Assembly (NCBI GenBank): GCA_020718645.1
Contig: DYRQ01000003.1
Span: 18,090-58,489, forward strand
DNA from: Verrucomicrobium spinosum
GTDB taxonomy: Bacteria > Verrucomicrobiota > Verrucomicrobiia > JADLBR01 > JAIBCM01
DNA length: 40,400 nt
Direction: 5' to 3'
The notes under the pieces are model-generated. The model saw only the letters and a list, made by a program, of their open reading frames with translations, searched no databases and was not told where the DNA came from. Below, in pieces: positions 1 to 9,469 of this stretch (positions are counted from its first letter, which is position 1; every line of letters starts with the position of its first letter). The position numbers and the translations under genes were made by a program.

Positions 1-1586
1 TAGCCCCCGCAGTCTCGCACCAGTTCTACGACCTCACGGGTGATGGACAAGAGACATTTCAAATGGATTCGATCAGATACCTTACGGGCTTGAATCGTCG
101 TGTTGGTTGTAACTTTCATGTGCGAGAAAACCGGTCACAGGATTCCATCAAGTTCTTATCGAGCTTTAATCCAATTCGCAATGCTAGATATTCTGACAAC
201 TGGCTCTGGGGCTCAAAAATCCTAAATGCGCCAGTTGCAGAGGCATCGGGCTCAGTTGAGGCTGGCAAAGCTATAAACTGGCTGGCGCTGGCCGCCGCTG
301 CACTGCTCTTGCATGCAGCGCTCAGATCTCGTCGGATAGGACCTAGGACATCCTTTGTCCTAGCTGCGTGCGGCGCCCTGAATCCCATTGCTCTCAACTG
401 GACCAATTCGTATATGGCCGACAGTCAGCTCACCTCATTTTTCCTCTGCTCACTCTCTGCGTGGTTGCTTGGAATCAAACGCTGGACACAGTGGCGTGCT
501 GTCGTTCTCGGCGCATCGCTCCTGCTTTTGGCGGGCTCGAAAATGAGCGGGACTGGTTTTGCCGCCGTGCTCGCCGCAGCGGTTGTCGTTTGTGAATTCA
601 CCATCCGCAGGCACCATCCCAAAGCTCTTTCGATCCTCGCTGTCTCCGTTGTCGGAGTAACCCTGCTCATCGCTACCCTCGCAGCAAGAACCTCATGGAA
701 GAACCCCGAGATGGCATGGCAGGTAGTAAAAACGCAAGTGGAAAACCGCCTATTCTCCAACACGCTCTTCGCCTACGAACACGAAAACCTCCGCCCGTGC
801 GCCATGACGGAAATTTCCAACAGCGACCGTTTCTGGGTCAGCCTGTTCAACGAGACAACGATTAAATATTACGACTTCAAACCCAAGATCCCACTGGCTG
901 TAACGGAAAAGGAGATCCGAAAGATTTTTCACGGCGCACAAGTTTACATGCTCGGCGGTTTTGGCCCGTGGTTCAGTGCCGCGTGGATTGCGGGCTGTAT
1001 CTGTCTGGGACTCTCCGTTCTGCGCTGGCACTCGCAGGGACGCCCGTTTCTGCTGGCCGCGCTCTGCTGTATTGTCACCGCACTATCTGTGCCGCTCTGG
1101 ATGGCTCGATACGCGCCTCAACTCTGGTTGATCCCGTTATTCGCGGCGGCAGCCTGTCTTGTTTCAGCAAGAAAATCGCATGTCTGGTTCGGTCGCCTCA
1201 CCCTTGCTCTTCTCGCTGGCAACACACTCCTCTGGCTGGTCATCTGGATCCCTGGACAATTTTATAACCGATCGCTTGTGGAGAGACAATTTGCCATATT
1301 ACAAAAATTACCACAGCCCCTTGCTGTTTATTACGGCAGCCACATCGCCAACCACCAGTGGTTTGATAGGTTCGGCATCCGGGTGACCGTATCTGCCGAA
1401 CCCTTTGATGAAACTTGCGTGCAGCTCCATCGGTCCAACACGGTGGTTCGCATACCCGGCACCGAAGTGGGGCAGAAGGTGCTGTCAGAATTTTATGTTT
1501 TCCAAGAAGAGCTGCGAACAAAACGCATTCGCGACTGGGAATTCATCATCAACCCCAAGCAGCGTGCAGAAGGCAAAGACGAGTAG
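1..1586 (+). CDS. Polytopic membrane protein, GT-C/PMT-like glycosyltransferase candidate (5'-partial)
   Basis: Frame is open from position 3 (APAVSHQFYDLTGDGQETFQ-M63), so the gene probably starts left of the window. It has many hydrophobic helices, an acidic loop 'FYDLTGDG', and the motifs 'SYMAD', 'GGFGPWF' and 'WMARYAPQLW'. Confidence 0.6.
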   Translation, partial: APAVSHQFYDLTGDGQETFQMDSIRYLTGLNRRVGCNFHVRENRSQDSIKFLSSFNPIRNARYSDNWLWGSKILNAPVAEASGSVEAGKAINWLALAAAALLLHAALRSRRIGPRTSFVLAACGALNPIALNWTNSYMADSQLTSFFLCSLSAWLLGIKRWTQWRAVVLGASLLLLAGSKMSGTGFAAVLAAAVVVCEFTIRRHHPKALSILAVSVVGVTLLIATLAARTSWKNPEMAWQVVKTQVENRLFSNTLFAYEHENLRPCAMTEISNSDRFWVSLFNETTIKYYDFKPKIPLAVTEKEIRKIFHGAQVYMLGGFGPWFSAAWIAGCICLGLSVLRWHSQGRPFLLAALCCIVTALSVPLWMARYAPQLWLIPLFAAAACLVSARKSHVWFGRLTLALLAGNTLLWLVIWIPGQFYNRSLVERQFAILQKLPQPLAVYYGSHIANHQWFDRFGIRVTVSAEPFDETCVQLHRSNTVVRIPGTEVGQKVLSEFYVFQEELRTKRIRDWEFIINPKQRAEGKDE

Positions 1587-1624
1587 CCGCTTCGCCAACA
1601 TCGGGGCTGTGCACTGAGTTTTTG

Positions 1625-2236
1625 CTAACGCGTTTCTGCTTGAGTTTGTTTTTCGAATTTATCGAGTTTAGGGCGTATGACGATTTGGCAATAGGCCTCG
1701 TTGGGATTTTTGGCGAAGTAATCCTGGTGATAATCCTCAGCTGGATAAAATTTCTGGAGTGGTGCTACTTGGGTGACGATGGGTTTGGATAACCCTTTCT
1801 GCGCCTCTTGCAGCGATTGTTTTATGACTAACTCCTGTTCAGCATTTTCATGAAAAACGACAGAGCGGTATTGTGTGCCAGTATCGGGACCTTGGCGATT
1901 GAGGGTCGTAGGGTCATGAATTTTCCAGAAGATACCCAGCAATTTTTCCAAAGATACCTTGGAGGGATCGAATTCGATCTGGACCACTTCTGCATGACCC
2001 GTATTCGCGTGACAAATTTTGTCGTAGGTGGGATTTTCAGTGTTGCCACCTGCATAGCCCGAGACTGCGGATTTAACACCGGGCAAACCATCGTAAACAG
2101 CTTCGATACACCAGAAACAGCCGCCGCCGAGGGTGATTCGTCCTGATGATATATTTGGTGTTTCAGCCATACTGGAAAGTCTAGTGCTCAACAGTAGGAA
2201 TGCAAAAAACACCCTGTAAGTAACAGATCTTGTCAT
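1625..2236 (-). CDS. msrA: Peptide-methionine (S)-S-oxide reductase with N-terminal signal-like peptide
   Basis: GCFWC active site, 'TGHAEVVQ', 'RQGPDTGTQYRS', 'AEDYHQDYF'. ATG at 2236 chosen; 2242 and 2170 are alternatives. Confidence 0.95.
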   Translation of the reverse strand: MTRSVTYRVFFAFLLLSTRLSSMAETPNISSGRITLGGGCFWCIEAVYDGLPGVKSAVSGYAGGNTENPTYDKICHANTGHAEVVQIEFDPSKVSLEKLLGIFWKIHDPTTLNRQGPDTGTQYRSVVFHENAEQELVIKQSLQEAQKGLSKPIVTQVAPLQKFYPAEDYHQDYFAKNPNEAYCQIVIRPKLDKFEKQTQAETR

Positions 2237-2309
2237 GACCACACTCTAGCCTGATAGGCAAATAATACAAATGCCAGCACCACTCATTGGCAGGACTCCT
2301 AGAACCAGT

Positions 2310-3455
2310 CTAGGCGAGCATTTTTTTCAGGTTCACCACCGAGTCGAAACAGGAGCAAGCACAGGCCCGGGCATGGCGGGAATGGAGCTGCCAGTCGAGG
2401 GTGGCTTGGCGGGCGGCCTCGCCGGCTTCCTCCAGCGATGAGACAAAAAAGTAGCCGCTCTGCTTCGGCAGGTAAGGCTCTGCGCCCGTGGGCTCGGTCA
2501 AGATGGGGCGACCCATGGCAAGATAGACGGCGGAGCGGTCGCTGAGCCATCCAGATTTGGCATAGCCCTCTAGTTTCACCGGTGAAAATTCTCCGGTAGA
2601 ACCCGCGATGTAGCGATAGTATTTCTGTGGCGTGGCGGCGATGTCGTGAGGCACGGCCGTGCGCCAGCCGAGACCGTGCAGGCGTTCTGCCTCGCCATCG
2701 CCATGGGCAAAATTCATGGCAGCCTCAAAACTGATCTTGGGGCAAGCTGTGGGCAAGTCGTGAAATTTTTCGAACGCTGCTTTTTTCGAGAAATCGCGCC
2801 ACTCCCCTTCCCACTGCACCATGCCATCCCAATACCACTGGCCGATGGTGGTGAACCTGTCGAGGAGCGGGCGCGGGGCAACAGCAAAGGTGGCTGTATC
2901 CACGAGAGGGAAATAGGTCTGCCAACGCACGGGCGCATCAGGCACTTTGGAGTCTGGCCCGTAGGTATTCAGCCCGATGCTCCAGAACTCATGGTGCGAG
3001 TGCTGCCCCATATCCATCTGACGCATCCAAAAACAGATTTCCGTGGGGTCGAGACTGCACAATTTGCGACAGGAAAAAAGTGCGAGCAAAGGATCTTTGA
3101 AAGAATAGCTCAGGTTGAGCAAGGTGCAGGGTCCCGCCACCATGTCGAGAAACTGGCGACGCGTGCGCCCAAAAAATTGAACCTGCTCGAGAGTCGGAGC
3201 AGAAACCCCCGGTGGGGCAAGGAGGATACAATAATCTTTTTCCAACCCGAACTTGCTCAGACGACGCCGGAAGGTGGCGATATTTCTGCGATCTTTTGCA
3301 GGGTCACCCGTCGAGGGGAGTAATTCGAGCCATAGCGAGCGCCTGCCCATGCGGCGCAAACCGAGCACATATTGCAGAGGCACGGAGAAGTTTCCCCCAC
3401 CCTCGGGATACTTCGCCGCGAAGCCGCAGCCCACGATAGTCCACTCACCGGACAT
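2310..3455 (-). CDS. Glycosyltransferase-like (GT-B-like) conserved hypothetical protein
   Basis: 381-aa ORF with N-terminal 'YPEGGGNF..LQYVLGLRRMG' and C-terminal 'SGWLSDRSAVYLAMGRPILT.PTG', resembling a GT-B nucleotide-sugar binding segment. Confidence 0.6.
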   Translation of the reverse strand: MSGEWTIVGCGFAAKYPEGGGNFSVPLQYVLGLRRMGRRSLWLELLPSTGDPAKDRRNIATFRRRLSKFGLEKDYCILLAPPGVSAPTLEQVQFFGRTRRQFLDMVAGPCTLLNLSYSFKDPLLALFSCRKLCSLDPTEICFWMRQMDMGQHSHHEFWSIGLNTYGPDSKVPDAPVRWQTYFPLVDTATFAVAPRPLLDRFTTIGQWYWDGMVQWEGEWRDFSKKAAFEKFHDLPTACPKISFEAAMNFAHGDGEAERLHGLGWRTAVPHDIAATPQKYYRYIAGSTGEFSPVKLEGYAKSGWLSDRSAVYLAMGRPILTEPTGAEPYLPKQSGYFFVSSLEEAGEAARQATLDWQLHSRHARACACSCFDSVVNLKKMLA

Positions 3456-3520
3456 AGCTCTGGAGAGAGAGGTGATCCTCCGGGTTCAACAACTCAGCGT
3501 AGCGACCCGAGAGGGAGCGC

Positions 3521-5698
3521 TCATCCCCCTTTCACCAGATGGAAGATGTGCGCCGGGCAGACATGCGGGTCGAGGCGGATGAAGTTGCGAGCCCCCTGCC
3601 AGAGGTATTTGCCACCTGCGAGCATGTCGTGAACGGTGTAGGTCTCAGAAGATCCGATGCCGAGGGACTCCAAGGGGAGATTGATATGACCCGATTGAGC
3701 CCAATAGTAATCGAGGTTCACCACGGTGAGCACGATGTCAGAACGGTCGTCGGTGGCCTTGATGTAAGAGATCAGCGACATGTTATCGTTCGAGACAAAC
3801 GAGAGGTTGTTCGTGTGGTGCAGAGCGGGATGGCGTTCGCGGATGTGGTTGATACGGGCGATGATCTCACGCAAGTTGCCATGGGCATTCACATCCCACC
3901 ATTTGAGCTCATATTTCTCAGACCATGCATACTCCTCTTTGCCGTGATACAGGTCGCTCACACAGAGTTCGTAAGCAGGACCGTAGATGCCGTAGTTCGA
4001 AGAGAGCGTGGCGGCAAGAATCAGGCGTGCGATAAAGGCTGGCCGCCCGGCGTGGGCGAGTTCCGGCATGAGGATGTCGGGAGTGTTGGGCCAGAAGTTG
4101 GGGCGGAAATAATCCTTCACCTCGGAGCGGGTCAACTCGGTGAGGTAAGTCTGGATTTCCTCCTTGTGGTGACGCCATGTGAAATAGGTGTAGCCTTGGG
4201 AAAAACCGTTTTTAGCGAGGCGATATTTCAGGCGGGGACGCGTGAAAGCTTCCGAGAGGAAAAGGGTGTCAGGGAACTCTTCTTTCAAGGACTGGATGCA
4301 CCAGCGCCAGAAATCGATGGTCTTGGTGTGGGGATTGTCCACGCGGAAAATTCGGACTCCTTGCTCCGCCCAGAATTGGAAGACGCTTCTGAGTTCGAGC
4401 CAGAGCGCTTCCCAGTCCTCGGTTTCAAAGTTGAACGGAAGGACATCTTGGTATTTTTTAGGAGGGTTTTCCGCATATTGCACGGTGCCATCGGGGCGCC
4501 ACTTGAACCACTGCGGATGCTCTTTGACATAGGGGTGGTCAGGCGAGCACTGGAAGGCAATGTCGAGAGCGATCTCGAGACCAAATTCCTTGGATTTTTT
4601 GATGAACTTTTTGAAGTCAGCCAGCGTGCCCAACTCGGGGTGGACGGCTTTGTGACCGCCCTCGGCAGAACCGATAGCCCACGGGCTTCCCACATCGCCA
4701 GGCTCGGTGACGAGGGTATTGTTTTTGCCTTTGCGATAGGCGACGCCGATCGGATGGATGGGAGGCAGGTAGAGCACATTGAAACCCATGCGAGCCACAT
4801 CCGGCAACACGCGCTCGCAGTCTTTGAAGGTGCCGTGCTTGCCCGGCTCGGAGCCCCATGAGCGAGGGAAAAGCTCATACCACGCACTGTAGCGGGCACG
4901 CTCTCGTTCCACGATCACCGAGGGAATCGGAGAGTAAGTCGCCTCGTGGTTTCTGTCGGGAAGAGCGGCAGCGAGCTGGGCAAATTCGTTGCTGAGGGCA
5001 AGATTCTTGCGCTCTTCCTCGGGTAGTTCAGCGTTGCGGAGCCGGAGGACGAATTCCTCGATTTTATCAGCCACTTCTTTCGAGGCACGAGGAGCTGCTG
5101 ACTCGAGCAAGTTAGCACCGATGAGAAGTTCGACGCCCAGCTCGGCTTGGCTTTCGGCTTTTTTCCTGAAGCCCGAGAGCCAGCTCAACAGATGATCCAC
5201 CCAAGCAACCACAGTGTAGTCATAGATACCTTCTTGATCGAGCTTGAAGGTAGCGCGCCAGTGGTCATTACCCAAGAACTCCATCGGAGTCTCTGTCCAA
5301 GCCTGATGGCTGCGGTGTTTGTAGCGCAAGAGAGCGATCACAGTGTCATGGCCATCGGAGAAGACATCGGCTTCAGCAATGATCGCTTCACCAACGATTC
5401 GCTTCAGAGGGAAAAGACCGGCATCCACACTGGGGCGGATATTTTCGATGAGAACACGAACGGATCCACACGAGGGGAGTGTAGCTTTCGGGAAAGAGGT
5501 AGTGCAGAGCATGGGGGATTGTGCCACTGATGCAGCGGTGGGTTCAACTGCTGTTTTTTTGGAAACTTTTTTTCCAGTGGGTGCAGTTTTTTGGGGTGAG
5601 GTTTTCTTCACGCTTTTGTTATCGGCGGCGGGCACGGCTACAGTGGCAACGGCTACTGGTTTCGCTTTTTCGTCAGACTTCTCGGCTTTATTTTTCAT
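3521..5698 (-). CDS. glgE: Alpha-1,4-glucan:maltose-1-phosphate maltosyltransferase (GH13_3)
   Basis: 'WYELFPRS', 'YLPPIHPIG', 'YAENPPKKYQD', 'FRVDNPHTK', 'LSEAFTRP', 'NFWPNTPDIL'. ATG at 5698; alternative ATG at 5512. Confidence 0.95.
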   Translation of the reverse strand: MKNKAEKSDEKAKPVAVATVAVPAADNKSVKKTSPQKTAPTGKKVSKKTAVEPTAASVAQSPMLCTTSFPKATLPSCGSVRVLIENIRPSVDAGLFPLKRIVGEAIIAEADVFSDGHDTVIALLRYKHRSHQAWTETPMEFLGNDHWRATFKLDQEGIYDYTVVAWVDHLLSWLSGFRKKAESQAELGVELLIGANLLESAAPRASKEVADKIEEFVLRLRNAELPEEERKNLALSNEFAQLAAALPDRNHEATYSPIPSVIVERERARYSAWYELFPRSWGSEPGKHGTFKDCERVLPDVARMGFNVLYLPPIHPIGVAYRKGKNNTLVTEPGDVGSPWAIGSAEGGHKAVHPELGTLADFKKFIKKSKEFGLEIALDIAFQCSPDHPYVKEHPQWFKWRPDGTVQYAENPPKKYQDVLPFNFETEDWEALWLELRSVFQFWAEQGVRIFRVDNPHTKTIDFWRWCIQSLKEEFPDTLFLSEAFTRPRLKYRLAKNGFSQGYTYFTWRHHKEEIQTYLTELTRSEVKDYFRPNFWPNTPDILMPELAHAGRPAFIARLILAATLSSNYGIYGPAYELCVSDLYHGKEEYAWSEKYELKWWDVNAHGNLREIIARINHIRERHPALHHTNNLSFVSNDNMSLISYIKATDDRSDIVLTVVNLDYYWAQSGHINLPLESLGIGSSETYTVHDMLAGGKYLWQGARNFIRLDPHVCPAHIFHLVKGG

Positions 5699-5765
5699 GA
5701 CTCTACAGCTTTCGCAGGAGTGCCTAGGGCAAGTCAATCCCGTTCTGTCTGTAAGAAGAGAGCTC

Positions 5766-5794
5766 TGGACACCGAAAAAAAATCATCCTATAGC
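5766..5794 (+). promoter_or_regulatory. Possible sigma70-type promoter for kup
   Basis: TGGACA-17 nt-TATAGC, ending 26 nt before the ATG at 5821. Confidence 0.3.
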
Positions 5795-5820
5795 TGAGTA
5801 ACACCCCAAATGCATAAAGT

Positions 5821-7740
5821 ATGAGCGCTACCGAAGGCCAGGCTCCATCGCAGGAGCCATCTGCCACCCCCACACCCCACACCAATAATCACAATTCTTG
5901 GGCTCTGACCTTGGGCGCCCTAGGCGTGGTCTATGGTGATATTGGCACCAGCCCGCTCTATGCTTTGAGGGAATGCATGAAAGCGCTGCCCGGCGTGGAT
6001 CCACAACTGGCGGTGCTGGGGAGTCTATCCCTCGTGTTTTGGTCCTTGGTCTTTGTAATCTGTTTTAAATATCTCTCCCTAATAATGCGGGCGGATAATC
6101 GTGGCGAGGGCGGCATTTTTGCACTGCTGGCCTTGGGCGGACATACGACCAAAGGATTGGGAATAGGGTTTAAAATCATTATGATTCTTGCTGGTGCCTC
6201 CCTACTGTTTGGAGAGAGCGTCATTACTCCCGCCATTTCTGTGCTGAGTGCTGCCGAAGGTCTCGAGGGACTCAACCCCGCTCTGGAGTCTTGGGTTGTC
6301 CCAGTGGCTGCTCTCGTTTTACTCGGACTATTCCTTGTTCAGAAACACGGCACAGCAATCATCGGAGGCGTCTTTGGACCTATCATGCTTGTCTGGTTCA
6401 GTGTGATTGGGCTTCTAGGTTTGATGCAAATATTTCAACAACCTTCAGTCCTACAAGCCATCAATCCATGGATGGGCATTCATTTGCTGATGGAAAATCC
6501 GATGCTCTCAGCCGCTCTGATCGGTGCTGTCGTGCTCTCGATAACAGGAGCCGAAGCCCTGTATGCTGACATGGGACACTTCGGGCGCCCCGCCATAGCC
6601 CGCGGCTGGTTTTACATCGCGTTTCCAGGTCTTTTGCTCAACTACTTCGGCCAAGGCGCCTATTTCTTATCCCACCCGGGCTCCCAAAAACATCTATTCT
6701 ACGCACTGGCACCCTCTCCATTCTGGGAAGCGTGCCTCGTCGTGCTCTCCTTTGCAGCCACAGTGATCGCCAGCCAAGCTTTGATCAGCGGTGCCTATTC
6801 CCTAGCCAGCCAAGCAATGAACCTCGGCTATTTCCCTCGTTTGCGCGTCATCCACACCAGCGAAGATATGCATGGCCAAATTTATGTGCCTGGGGTCAAC
6901 GCAGCTTTGGCTGTCGGCTCGATCGCCTTGGTGTTCAGTTTTGGCTCCAGCGAAAAACTGGCAGCAGCCTATGGTCTGGCTGTAACGGGCACGATGATTG
7001 TCAGCACGATTGCTTTCTCGTTCGTTGCTCGATCCAATTGGAAATGGAATACCACCAAGCTTATCCCACTTCTCATGGTGCTGCTGCCACTGGATATCAT
7101 CTTCCTCGTGTCGAATTTTCATAAAATTGCCGAGGGCGGATGGTTTCCTCTCCTCATGGGTGCCGTGCTGTTGGCTATCATGGATGCGTGGAAACGGGGA
7201 CGCCTTTTCATCGTGAAAAAACTCTACGAGAACGCCCTCGAACCCATGGATGTCATCCAAGATCTGAAACGATCGAACATCTTCCGATCACCGGGTGCCG
7301 CAGTGTTCATGGCAGGTCGTGCCGAGGGCATGCCCATCGTCCTCATCCACCATCTCAAATGCAACCGCTGCATCCACTCTACCGTCATCTTACTCAGCTT
7401 CACCACCGAGCAAGTTCCCTTCGTGGACAGCCGTAAGCTTATGGGCGTTATAGATCTCAGTGAGGGATTTTGGAGAGTCATCATCCCGCACGGCTACATG
7501 CAAACGCCCGATGCCCAGCAAGTCATGCGTTGGCTACGCGACGAGGGCATCCCTGTCAGAGACCATGCTGTGACCTATTTTTTCAACAGAGAAGTCGTCA
7601 TCCCCAGCGGCAAATCGGGATTATGGCCTTGGCAAAAAGCACTCTACTCTTTCTTGAGCCGCAACGCCCTACCTGCCAGAGAATTCTTCCGCATCCCTTC
7701 CAATCAAATTGTCGAGATGGGGTTGCCCGTCCAAATCTAA
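5821..7740 (+). CDS. kup: KUP/HAK/KT potassium transporter
   Basis: 'LGVVYGDIGTSPLY', 'ADNRGEGGIFAL', 'ITPAISVLSA', 'GAEALYADMGHFG', 'AAAYGLAVTGTM'. Confidence 0.96.
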   Translation: MSATEGQAPSQEPSATPTPHTNNHNSWALTLGALGVVYGDIGTSPLYALRECMKALPGVDPQLAVLGSLSLVFWSLVFVICFKYLSLIMRADNRGEGGIFALLALGGHTTKGLGIGFKIIMILAGASLLFGESVITPAISVLSAAEGLEGLNPALESWVVPVAALVLLGLFLVQKHGTAIIGGVFGPIMLVWFSVIGLLGLMQIFQQPSVLQAINPWMGIHLLMENPMLSAALIGAVVLSITGAEALYADMGHFGRPAIARGWFYIAFPGLLLNYFGQGAYFLSHPGSQKHLFYALAPSPFWEACLVVLSFAATVIASQALISGAYSLASQAMNLGYFPRLRVIHTSEDMHGQIYVPGVNAALAVGSIALVFSFGSSEKLAAAYGLAVTGTMIVSTIAFSFVARSNWKWNTTKLIPLLMVLLPLDIIFLVSNFHKIAEGGWFPLLMGAVLLAIMDAWKRGRLFIVKKLYENALEPMDVIQDLKRSNIFRSPGAAVFMAGRAEGMPIVLIHHLKCNRCIHSTVILLSFTTEQVPFVDSRKLMGVIDLSEGFWRVIIPHGYMQTPDAQQVMRWLRDEGIPVRDHAVTYFFNREVVIPSGKSGLWPWQKALYSFLSRNALPAREFFRIPSNQIVEMGLPVQI

Positions 7741-7784
7741 ACCGAAACAGCCCCAAGCTTTTTATCACAAAACAATTCCCGCCC

Positions 7785-7813
7785 TTGATTCCTTACAGTT
7801 TTTGTCGTAGAAA
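7785..7813 (+). promoter_or_regulatory. Possible sigma70-type promoter for the 7823-10536 operon
   Basis: TTGATT-17 nt-TAGAAA in an AT-rich spacer, 9 nt before the ATG at 7823. Confidence 0.3.
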
Positions 7814-7822
7814 TCTAATTGA

Positions 7823-8335
7823 ATGAAAATTGCATGTATAGTTGCTACCGTCGCTCTGAGCCTTCTGGCCATGCCAGCTTTTGGCAATCCTGATGAGGCT
7901 ACCCCTTTCCAAGAATTGCCTATCTCTCTGGATGCCAAAAATTACAAAGTCGGCAAGGTATTCGACTACCTCAACGATGACAAACTCAACCGTGGTGGCG
8001 GCGGTGACGCCAGCCTGCAAATGGAAGAGATGTATCGCAACTACGGTGCAGTCACCTCCAAGCAGAGAGAGGTTCTCAAAGGTCATTACTACACCATCAG
8101 CTACTGGTGCAAACAGCCCTCCGATGTCATCGTGCGCTTCGAATACAGGCAGCAAAAAACCCGCGATCAGATCCGGGTGCTCGAGATCCCTGTCAAAGGT
8201 GCCAAAGGCTGGAACGATGCCCAGTTTGAGATTGTCGGCAAAGCCTACACCGAGCAAGGCTTGGTCAACGCTTTCCGCGCCCGTGTGATCAAAAACGGCT
8301 CAGTGGTAGCCGAGCGTCGCTCTTTCGTCTGGTAA
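7823..8335 (+). CDS. Secreted hypothetical protein, beta-rich
   Basis: Sec signal peptide (MKIACIVATVALSLLAMPAFG), beta-strand-rich C-half 'VRFEYRQQK...AERRSFVW', and codon usage like the neighbouring genes. Confidence 0.8.
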   Translation: MKIACIVATVALSLLAMPAFGNPDEATPFQELPISLDAKNYKVGKVFDYLNDDKLNRGGGGDASLQMEEMYRNYGAVTSKQREVLKGHYYTISYWCKQPSDVIVRFEYRQQKTRDQIRVLEIPVKGAKGWNDAQFEIVGKAYTEQGLVNAFRARVIKNGSVVAERRSFVW

Positions 8336-8364
8336 TACCCGAGATTCACACCGAGAAATCCCCT

Positions 8365-9060
8365 GTGCTCGAACTGATACAAAAAGGAGGCCCACTGATG
8401 TGGCTGCTACTAGCGGCCAGCTTCATAGCCTCGACGGCATTCCTCGAGCGCATATTTTTCTACCGCCGCCAAGAAATGCGCGTGCCAGATTTTCTCTCGG
8501 GCATCCTCAATCTTGTCAGGCGAAAAAACTACCCTGAGGCACTGGACCGCTGCGATGAAGCCCACGGTCCTGTGGCTCAAGTCGTGCACGCAGCCATCCG
8601 ACACCACGACCTGCCCAAACCCGAATTGAGGGAACTCTTGCAGGAAGTGGCGCAACTCCAAGTGCCCCGCCTCGAGCAGCACCTGCCGCTGTTGGCGACC
8701 ATCGGTTTTCTCAGTCCTATGATCGGCCTCCTCGGCACCGTCATGGGGATGATCTCCATATTTGTCCGACTCCAAGACAAGGCTGGCACGGCCACTGTGG
8801 CCGACTTGGCTGGTGGTATTTGGGAAGCGCTGATTACCACAGCCGCTGGCCTCGCTATCGCCATCCCCTGCTACGCCGCCTACAACTACCTTCTCAGCCG
8901 CATGGGCCGCATCATACGCGACATGGAACGAGCCGGTATCGAGACTCTCCACGCACTCTCTGAAAAAGTGAGCATAGTCGAATTCGAAGACTCCCGCCGC
9001 ACCCAGCCCACCCAAGTGATCCCCATCGAGTCTTCCCCCTCTGCACATAAGCACTCTTAA
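8365..9060 (+). CDS. exbB: MotA/TolQ/ExbB proton-channel family protein
   Basis: 'GGPLMWLL', 'SPMIGLLGTVMGMI', 'LAGGIWEALITTAAGLAIAIP'; GTG start. Confidence 0.92.
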   Translation: MLELIQKGGPLMWLLLAASFIASTAFLERIFFYRRQEMRVPDFLSGILNLVRRKNYPEALDRCDEAHGPVAQVVHAAIRHHDLPKPELRELLQEVAQLQVPRLEQHLPLLATIGFLSPMIGLLGTVMGMISIFVRLQDKAGTATVADLAGGIWEALITTAAGLAIAIPCYAAYNYLLSRMGRIIRDMERAGIETLHALSEKVSIVEFEDSRRTQPTQVIPIESSPSAHKHS

Positions 9061-9069
9061 GTCACTAGG

Positions 9070-9462
9070 ATGAAAATCCAGACCAACCTCCGCCTGTTGC
9101 ACGGCCCTATAGATGCGGCTCCTCTGGTAAATGTGCTCTTCTTGCTGATGATCTTTTTCCTGCTCGGCTCCTCCATCGTTCTCCAGCCAGGTGTCGAAGT
9201 CAAAATGCACGAACGGATCGTGGGTGGCGGAGTCCCGGCTGGCCTTGAAATCCTGACCATCGCCCGCTCAGGCGAAATCTACTTTCGCAACCAGAAGACC
9301 GATAAAGCCTCACTCAAAAAAGCCCTGACTGAAGTTTCCGCCCGATCCCCACACTCCTCCGTCATCCTCAAATCGGACAACTCTGTGCCTAATGGGGATC
9401 TGATCAGCATCATGGACATCATCCTCGAAAGCGGCCTCGATGTCGTGCTCGCAACCCAGTGA
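9070..9462 (+). CDS. exbD: ExbD/TolR family protein
   Basis: Single TM 'PLVNVLFLLMIFFLL' and periplasmic 'VILKSDNSVPNGDLISIMD'; follows exbB. Confidence 0.9.
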   Translation: MKIQTNLRLLHGPIDAAPLVNVLFLLMIFFLLGSSIVLQPGVEVKMHERIVGGGVPAGLEILTIARSGEIYFRNQKTDKASLKKALTEVSARSPHSSVILKSDNSVPNGDLISIMDIILESGLDVVLATQ

Positions 9463-9469
9463 GATCCCT

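Noticed and set aside
3477-3514. Hairpin CCTC-CGGGTT...GACCCG-AGAGG between glgE and the GT-like gene
   Set aside because: Large loop, no U tract and a single copy; not supportable as a terminator or repeat.
3539-4861. 440-aa plus-strand ORF
   Set aside because: Antisense shadow of glgE.
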